This document shows positions 55,900 to 64,000 of a stretch of DNA of 64,000 nt, one piece after another. Source of the DNA: Fimbriosthenelais zetlandica (taxonomy: Eukaryota); the NCBI GenBank assembly GCA_977030845.1, contig OZ365110.1, positions 20,150,001 to 20,214,000 on the forward strand. The letters run 5' to 3'. Under the pieces are notes generated by a model. It searched no databases, was not told the origin of the DNA, and saw only the letters and a program-made list of their open reading frames with translations. Within the stretch, counting starts at the first letter, position 1. Each line of letters begins with the position of its first letter. Position numbers and translations under genes: made by a program.

Positions 55900-56180
55900 A
55901 AACAAAACCTTCACGATCGCACAAAAATCTTTAATGGATCTTTGCAAAATACGTTAAAATCGACACATCGATTTCAATTTTCCACTGTAAGGAAGGAAAT
56001 GAAAATTGATCCGAAAGTGCTGCCATATTTTAGGCTGGACCGGGATGAATTAGATCAGGACAAAATTACGTTCCGGCTTACCAGAGATTAATGGCAGTTT
56101 TTACTGCTTTGACTTTGAAGATGGATTCGAAGATCCTCTCACTCCACTCGTGAGGTTTCCGATCGAAACGTGTGAAGAAA
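55900..56180 (-). promoter_or_regulatory. CpG-retaining patch with a minus-strand splice donor; possible first exon/TSS
   Basis: About 15 CpGs in ~280 bp by manual count, visibly above the flanks. Minus-strand donor CTG|GTAAGC with the intron starting at 56081. Confidence 0.25.
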
Positions 56181-57656
56181 TTAATTAATCAGCAATCAGG
56201 TAGCCCTCACATTCTCCAGCACAGATCCAGTGTTGTTTACATGTTCCAGTAGGCAAGGTGTTCACCTAGTCAAGTGTCTGAAGTGGTCTATCAGCAAAGT
56301 CCACTTAATGAGTGCATCCCGCAAGTACGTACCTCAAGATACCTAAATGTACTTGACTTACTGGAGTGTATTGTTTGCATTTGGTCATTAGGCTCTATGG
56401 CTGTGTAATCTGGAAGCCTTTCAGAACAAACAGCACGCTATCTTCCTCTCTCCCTCACTTACTCTCTCTGGTCATTAATAATTTATAAAGACCGGTGTTA
56501 TTGCTTTAATATATTGTTCACTTGGTAAAGAGGGGTAACATTGAGAAATTCTATATCTAGAGAATTTTTCTCTACCTTTTACTTTATTGAGTAATGGATA
56601 GAAACTCTTCTGGTCACATAAGTTTATTAGGATCATTAATTACTTCACAATGCTGAGAATCATTAAGGTGATTCAAGACTTCAACCTACGTCCCCAGGGG
56701 ACGTGTATATTTAATGATATTCCCATTTCTCCCATCCTCCTCCACATTGTTCCTTAATTGCCATGACTCCCACTGGGTGGTAACTGTATCTTACTTTTGT
56801 TCATCATCCCAGACATATCCTATCAACAGCCTAGTGGCCAATCAAATGAGATAGATCCTAGTCAGAAATAACTCACCACTGTTGTGGGTCTATACACTCT
56901 TAGCACATTTCTTATGGGGATAAGTCTGATAGACTTCAATATGATCGCCTTACTGACAGGAATTACACCACATATAGTCCAATTACTGGATCAGGCAGAC
57001 ACCGTAATGAATTATTCATTATCCTGTCATTTTATTATAATGTGGATGCAATTTTTTCTTATTTGTCTGAAACTTTCCCATTGGAGGTCTTGGTTAATTT
57101 TAAAAAACAGACATGAAGGAGCTCTGGTCATTAGGGCCAAACGTAAGGCTGACTTATTTTCAGCTGAAATATTATGCTAGCTTAATGTTTGCTTTCATCT
57201 TCCCCCTCTCATTATTCTTAATTACCTCTGTTAGTTGAGATCTTGGTTAAAATTAAGAAAACTTCTGTACCAGTGCATGCATGGCCATTGGTAAGTCAGT
57301 CTGGGTTTTTTTGTATAGAACATCCCCCTGTCCAGGGATTGATTACCACTCAAGGATTCCTGGCGTGTAATCAAGCATTACATGACTGTGGAATGATCAG
57401 TAGGAAATTAACATCACGAGAAGCCCTCTTAAAGCTGCATCATCTAGAGGCAATTCAATTTGCTCTTAAGGTCGAGTCCTGTTCACTAAAGGGTTGAATG
57501 CTGGGCAGTCATGCCACTACCTGCGATAGCATCTTAATGCTTGCAGTTGCTGACAATTAACTTGGCCACTTTACAGCAAAGTTATTGTAAGTTATGTCGC
57601 CCGAAGGTCATGTTCTAAACATTCTGTTGGTCAACACTAACACTTTCATATTTTAA

Positions 57657-57951
57657 TTATTTAATCAGGGCAACATGCACTTCCATGAAGTTCACTATTT
57701 AATCAAGGTAATAGGAACCATCAAGGTGTGTATTCATTTAATCAAGGTAATAGCCGAGAAACCTTCATGGAGTTTATACATTTAATCAGGGTAATTGAAA
57801 CCTTCATGAAGTTTGCTCATTTACTCAGGGTAATAGAAACCTTCATGAAGTTTGCTCATTTACTCATGGTAATAGAAACCTTCATGGAGTTTATACATTT
57901 AATCAGGGTAATAGAAACCTTCATGAAGTTTGCTCATTTAACCAGGGCAAT
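57657..57951. repeat. 39-bp minisatellite, ~7.5 copies
   Basis: Unit ATTTAATCAGGGTAATAGAAACCTTCATGAAGTTTGCTC starts at 57780, 57819, 57858, 57897 and 57936 (exact 39-bp period), with degenerate copies from ~57657. Confidence 0.95.
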
Positions 57952-58746
57952 ATACACCCTTATAAATTTGTATCAGAAATCAAAACTTCTCCTTTCAATT
58001 TCTCATGCATCAGAGTGACGTGTTGCCAAGCCATTGACAGCCTGTGAAAGACCTATACAAACTCTAGACTTGACCCAACCAATACATAATAAAATATGTA
58101 TTGTTCTTTGTAACAGACCTGTCTTCTTGTCTCCTGTGGGCTATGTGAGGTCTTTTCTTATTGGTGACCACCCTTCATCCAGCCAGTTGATGTCCATGCC
58201 TCTAGCGGACAGTATAGAGGTCAGAGTTCTGACAAGCACCATCAGTCATTGCATTGCTTTTGATCGGCTGATCACTTTGTTGGTCTAAAACGAGGGAAAA
58301 GTAGGATCAATCATAGTCTTTGTGCCTCTGTTATGCTTCCCTCAAAAGACAGGGGTTGCAGCCCCCTCAGGTCATTGGTGGTTGAACGACTCAGATGTTT
58401 AAGAAGGACTTTTAACTATGGAACATTGACTCACTAAGGAAATGGATTGAGCAAAGGAGATGCACCATACTATATGTTTGGCTATAAATCATTTTAATGA
58501 ATCTCTCTAAGCTAAAAGAGATTGACCTAGCCATGTTGGAATTTTTTAGTATCTCAGCCATCGTGACGTAATGATTATTGATTTAGCTATGATAATACAA
58601 ATACCTTTATGTAGATATGTAGGCTTTATTGTATGTGTAAATCCTAAGTTTTTGATATTACACAGTCATAATAAAAACTTTAATCAAATCATTGAAATTA
58701 TATTGGTGGAGAACCTCTCCAAAGGAATGTATGCTAATTATGAACT

Positions 58747-59031
58747 GTGAAAGAACAGCAACTATGGCCTGCCATCAATTGCCATGATTTGCTGCCAGCA
58801 CGCTGCTCTTTTGTGGTATGGGAATTTGATTGCATTGCCAAGAATACATACAAGATTACCAGTCTTCCGTGCTTAATTCATTTTACATTCATTCAGCTCT
58901 GCTTGCCAGGAGGAAACTTCCTTGTTTTGTCCAGCTTCGCCACTTGTAATATAACGGATGACAATGTTCCTCGCCCTCTCTTCCATCATTGCCTTTCACT
59001 TAGGCGTCCGCATTTTAAAAGGACGATGTAA
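58747..59031 (-). mobile_element. LINE APE endonuclease remnant
   Basis: Minus-strand WKRGRG, GRLVIL and GNLVCILGN (cf. RGxG, GRxI, CILGDFN). Confidence 0.3.
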
Positions 59032-60773
59032 ACCCTAAGGAGACTGTTGGTAAAGTCAATGGGATTTATACACCAGACAGTCTGTCCTGTTTTTGTGTGT
59101 CTTTCACAAGAGGCTGTGATTTATTTCCTGTTTTCCCAGCAACTACCAATAAATCACCTTATTTTTTAGCATATTGGAAGTTGATGTATGGTTTCCACAC
59201 CTTCCTTTCGAGGCTGCATTCAATGAATTATCCCATGAGCTTTCAAATAATGTGCTAAAGGCACTATTGTTTCCCAAGCATCGGAAATAGTGAGTCAACC
59301 TTTTCTTCCTTTATGGTTTATAAACTATTTATAAATAGAGACCATTGGTAATGTCAAAGATACAGTCTTGGGGGATTATAGTGTAAATGGAGAAGGATGC
59401 AACCCACTTGATCCCACCAGTTATTATGCCCTGATGAGTAGAGTTTCTGCCATCAAACATGCCATGTTTACTGCCTCCAATATTTCACCATCACTTCATG
59501 AAATCTCATCCCCTCCTCCGCCCAGACATTGGCTTCATTTCTGCTTCAATATGTCACCCCAGCACAGTACTAATTAGATGATATCAATCATGATTAATGG
59601 CTAATCACAGGGTTATAGATAGCAATAAACCCTTGCCTTGCCTTGATAAAAAGCCTGAACCTTACACAGTGCTGGTAGTATATTTGGAACCACCGCCCAT
59701 GCTGCCTGACGTGCACCAGTCGATAATTACACAGCATAGCCTCCATTCATTAGGGACATGAGACGGTAAAGATAGACTTGCACAGGCTCTAATTTGATGC
59801 ATTATCTGTCTGGGCTGGGTTATGAATATGTTTGTATGAGCAATATGACTGGCTAGGTTCTAAATCAGACCTCGAGAATACATGTATGATTACAATTCAG
59901 CCAAGAAACGTTAAAGGGGGCAGTGTTAATAGATATGTTGCCTTGCTTTGATCAATCATACTACTAACGTTACCTGAGGGAAATTGCTAGAGATGAGTTT
60001 TAAACATACTCAATGCAAATGATAATATTACATGACTAGATCTCTTTCTGGCCCAAGTTCAACTGGAATTACCAATAGGAATATCATTGATACTAATAAT
60101 ACGAATATCATTGGAAGATATCTCCTATCGTTCATTAATAATTACGTAGGCATGTGAATCAATTTTCATTGACTGTAGGGTAAATGCTCAATATAGGACA
60201 GGAAGCCTCTCTATTAAAATTGTGATTGATCGGTTCATTTCGTAGCTATCTCTATTAAAAGAGAGATAGGGATGTTTTGTGCGTGCCTTCTATTGCATAT
60301 TTGTGTAACGAGCAAATCAACTTCCTCTATCAAAAAGTCTGCAATCATACTTTTGTAAGGCTTGAAGTATTTATTTTCCTATACCCGGTATACTGAATGA
60401 ATGCAAACAGACAAACAACATAAGAAACATAAAATAGACCTTTAAAGTACTTGCCATACTCCCCTGCACCATCATTATAGCTACTATATGGATCCCTTGG
60501 CAGGAATGGAAATCCTACTCAAATGATATTTGGGTTTTCTAGGTTGGTGACCTTTACTTTCCGAAGACATTTTTGCCAGGTTATTTCATGGGGGTACAGG
60601 CAATAACATGTTCCACCTTTCGGTCTTCGAGTACCTAATTCACATTTTGGAAATGTTAACTCTATGGCCCAACCTGAAAAGGTAATATTAAAGTTCATAA
60701 TTGGAAATGAACACATTTTACTGAGAGAGATAGAAGTCTGAATTGTGAAATGAATGAAGAATATAAAAGAAAA

Positions 60774-60865
60774 CTGGCTGGCTGGATGGATGGCTCGGTG
60801 GCTGGCTGGATGGATGGCTCGCAGCTTGGCTTGGAGCTAGGCCGGTCGGCTGGCTGGCTGTTCGG
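60774..60865. repeat. (GGCT/GGAT)n microsatellite with a 24-bp duplicated block
   Basis: TGGCTGGCTGGATGGATGGCTCG at 60775-60797 and 60799-60821. Confidence 0.85.
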
Positions 60866-61199
60866 ATTGATGGCCCTGCCGGTTGAGAGATTATGGGCAT
60901 GTTTGAGGCATTTATTCCAAGACTTTGTTGGTAACTAAACTTATGGATACAATTGATTGATAGGTGGATAGAGATAATATGAATGAATCTTCTATAAATT
61001 GTTATTTACAGATGGACCTTTTTACTCTATCCTCATTTTCTGACTGATGAATTATGGTTCCATATGAATCACAATAAATTGCCGCTTGCTATTTCAGACC
61101 ACTATTCTCCTGTGTTCTAATCGCTTCTGTTTAACAAGAATAGGCTGTTGGATTATTTTGACAGGCCTCCCATGTTATTTTAGTTTAGCACTCAGCACT

Positions 61200-61480
61200 T
61201 GTACGGCTCAGCCAACGTGAACGATACTGCATTATTAATAATGTCCATTATAGCATGGAGAGGTGTAATAGATCATGTCTGGATCAATAGCTTCTATGAG
61301 TTTCAGTGCTGTTCTCTTCACCTTTCCATTTTGGAGCCCGGTATGAACTCTCTGAAAATAGTACGAGTAAACCTTACCTTGGACAGACCAGGGGCCTATT
61401 TCAAAAGAAAAATTAGCAATGCTAAGTCCATGGCTACTTTTGAAATGGGCTCCAGAGCATTTTTGCAATCGCGCTCATGA
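61200..61480 (-). mobile_element. LINE RT N-terminal remnant
   Basis: Minus-strand LK*APGLS...IMDIINNAV (cf. KAPGxDG...LxxIxN). Confidence 0.25.
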
Positions 61481-63359
61481 CAGAGATGACTTTTTATAGT
61501 TCTTTTGACTATAACCTAGTGAAACAAGTTGGGCGATCTACAGAGTGTAGGTTCAGATCCCCGCAGTATTACTGGAGATATTCGCAGGCATGTCTGTCCC
61601 AGGCATAAGGTCTAGAACATGGACATGATTAACCTGTTGTATCTGATCTCATATTTGTCATTTTGGACAGGACAATTACAAATTAAAATAAAACAACTCA
61701 TAAGAAATTAGTGCTTGAGTCTGCATTTTAATATATTCCCAACTGGGACTTATTGCTTCAGATAAAAGATACAATCTAGTCGAGTATGAACAGCCCTGTC
61801 ATATTTGACACAATCGGATAGACGTCACTCTTTTCATGACTATGTTTCCATGGTAAATTACCAAGGGAATCATATCTCAGAATCAGCAGAGAATGGGCAA
61901 GTGGTCATGCAACAGTGCATTTTAGAAAGCTATTGATTTGTGCCAATGGCATCAAGGATTCTAGATTGATACCTCAAGGCTGGCTATGGGCTGAGGAAGG
62001 GCTTTATTTGATGGCTTTGTGTGTGGTGTTTTGTCTTGTGGCCAACTTAATTATCTGCCTTCTTTGTTCTTAGTCACTTGTCGATATGTATCTCATACAT
62101 TACCTGTTCCTAAGATCCATAATATTATGTGAACATAATATATACCTAAACTGATAAGCTAACGTCTATATTCTATTCTGCTATAATTATAACTAGTGTA
62201 CACTGTAAGTAAATCGTTTATTTTTTAATGTGTAGGCTTGATGTATTGATGATTTAATGCATGCCTAGTAATATATATCAATGGAAGTGGGATCAATATA
62301 TTATATTCCTTCCTTGAATCTCTGTTTTAGTTATGGTAAAAATCTCTTATGAAAAAGTGTTTCTTTCTGCATTTTATTTTTGCCTGTGGAGTAAGATAAA
62401 TACAAATATTAATGGGTATCAGTAATGTCTATAACCTTTTGCTATGTTAAATTTGTAATATCAAAGCCACCAAACATTAGGAAAAACTGATGTTTAATGT
62501 CGTTAAAATGTTTAAAGTGTGTTCTAAAGCAATCCTTTTTTCTTTTATTTTTGCCTTTATTTTGGACTTCCATTTCTCTCTAGTTCGATGACGGTTTGAT
62601 CTAAATGTAACTCAGAAAACTTAGTGCATTAGAATTAAAGTTAGGATGGCCATTTCAAGAGATTGTTAATAGTTCATAGGAATGTATTAAGTGCAGGTTT
62701 CCGTTCAGGTCGTGCATATATAATGAAAGAGAGTGAAGTACTTAAAGTCACAGATCCTCCAAGTGGAGAAAAGGCCTCTTTTGTGTTTTTAGAAGAGAGT
62801 GAATTTCACGTTCAAGAGAAAAATCGCCTTTAGATTCATCCATCCGTGATATTCTGCAGAGATTTTCTTAGATCTTTTCACCTTGATGGTTGGGGGAAAA
62901 TGGATGGTTCTCTCATTTTGTTATAACTAACAGAAATTTTTAACGTGAGATGCATACAGGTGTATAGGCTGTATTGCCATCAAACTTCCTCCTTTGATTG
63001 GTTAAAAAGCCAACCTGTGCACACTTCTACTTTGTTCTCGTCATCCAAACCGTGGAACATTTCAAGCAGCTTTAAATCCGACCAAAGAGCTTTCATCTAA
63101 AGACTTGCCGCTTCCATACAGTGCAGCCTTTTCGCTGGAATCTAATTGAGAGAAGCAAGACTTTTGACAGACTATCAGACGTTCCTCAGACGTTCCTTTC
63201 ATCATCCTGAGAAGTCTTGTGTTAATTACACAACACAGTCATTCGTGCAATCTTCATAAAATATTTCTAGGATATTAAGAATTGAAAGTTGTACAATAGT
63301 TAAAGTTAATTAATTGCGTTTGATGAGGGACAACATAATCTTTTTCTTGCTTCTATAAC

Positions 63360-63480
63360 TGAGCACTGGGAAGGAGGGAAGGATAGAGGATGGATGTGGG
63401 TAAGGAAAGGGAAGTGGAAGAGGAGACATAGAGGAAATAGAAGAAATGGTGAGGAGCAGAAAGAACAAGAAAGGAATACT
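63360..63480. repeat. GA-rich low-complexity tract
   Basis: Visible polypurine run. Confidence 0.7.
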
Positions 63481-64000
63481 ATTTTATTTTGACTCTTCCA
63501 AAAAGACCACACCTTTCATACACCTGTCAGCTCAAACATAAAGTGTGTCCATTTTTAATTCTGCTCTCTGAGGTTATCAAAATAGACAGGTGCACAGAGT
63601 GCAGCTACTTATTCTTTGCTACTAAGATTAATGTCTCAGCAGTAGCCGGGCTCATATTATAACGAGGAGGAAACAAACTGACAGCTAAACCACCTGCTAT
63701 TCTTTAGTGGCAGCAATGGCTCATTTACTGCCTCTCACCATGGACAATGTGAGACATGGCTGCCTTTATAACCCAGTTGTCAGCGCTAGGGCCACAAGCA
63801 CATGGTATATTTTCGACGCTGCTGTCAGAGTCAAAATACATATCATGGTTCCGAATGAAAACTGCGCACTAACTTTTAGAAAATACATCAGGTAGAATAC
63901 ACAACTCCTAACTACAATGTTCCCTTGTTACACAATTGCAAAAGTGCCATCTCATCAATATTTCTATTTTAGTAGAGCACTGCGTGAGCTTGTGCTCCCC

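Noticed and set aside
55666-56091. 141-aa plus-strand ORF
   Set aside because: N/K/S-rich composition typical of AT-rich non-coding DNA; no recognisable domain or splice support.
56688-56704. Perfect ACGTCCCC-A-GGGGACGT hairpin as a Helitron 3' end or terminator
   Set aside because: No CTRR terminus or T-tract at the expected distance on either strand.
57657-57951. Regular 39-bp repeats as a CRISPR array
   Set aside because: The units are head-to-tail with no unique spacers, no cas genes are present, and the context is eukaryotic.
619-63895. The ~150 short ORFs in the supplied track
   Set aside because: All are 153 aa or shorter, none resembles a cellular protein I recognise, and many are antisense shadows or fragments of decayed retroelements or low-complexity DNA.

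Overview
Eukaryotic (animal) genomic DNA, roughly 40% GC by eye, with no supportable full protein-coding gene, RNA gene or CRISPR array. The repeat mix (CR1/L2, RTE, DIRS, Penelope-like, Gypsy, Transib-like) would fit a marine invertebrate, but that is inference only. Most of the window is a graveyard of heavily decayed retroelements, recognisable only by short, stop- and frameshift-interrupted motifs. Two things stand out. (1) Nearly every retroelement coding remnant I could recognise (about 20, from several unrelated lineages, spread from ~0.6 to ~61.5 kb) lies on the minus strand, while a strong 56-nt exon candidate (32201-32256) lies on the plus strand. That suggests a long plus-strand transcript with antisense TE content: a flamenco-like unistrand piRNA cluster, or a large intron. 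(2) A young 743-bp non-autonomous DNA transposon (52667-53409) has 244-bp near-perfect TIRs, RSS-heptamer-like ends (CACTGTG...CACAGTG) and a 5-bp TSD, pointing to a Transib/RAG-like family. Also present: a solo LTR with a 4-bp TSD, a 39-bp minisatellite with higher-order structure, microsatellites and clustered TAGGCCTA palindromes. All family assignments come from manual translation and motif recognition; no database search was run.
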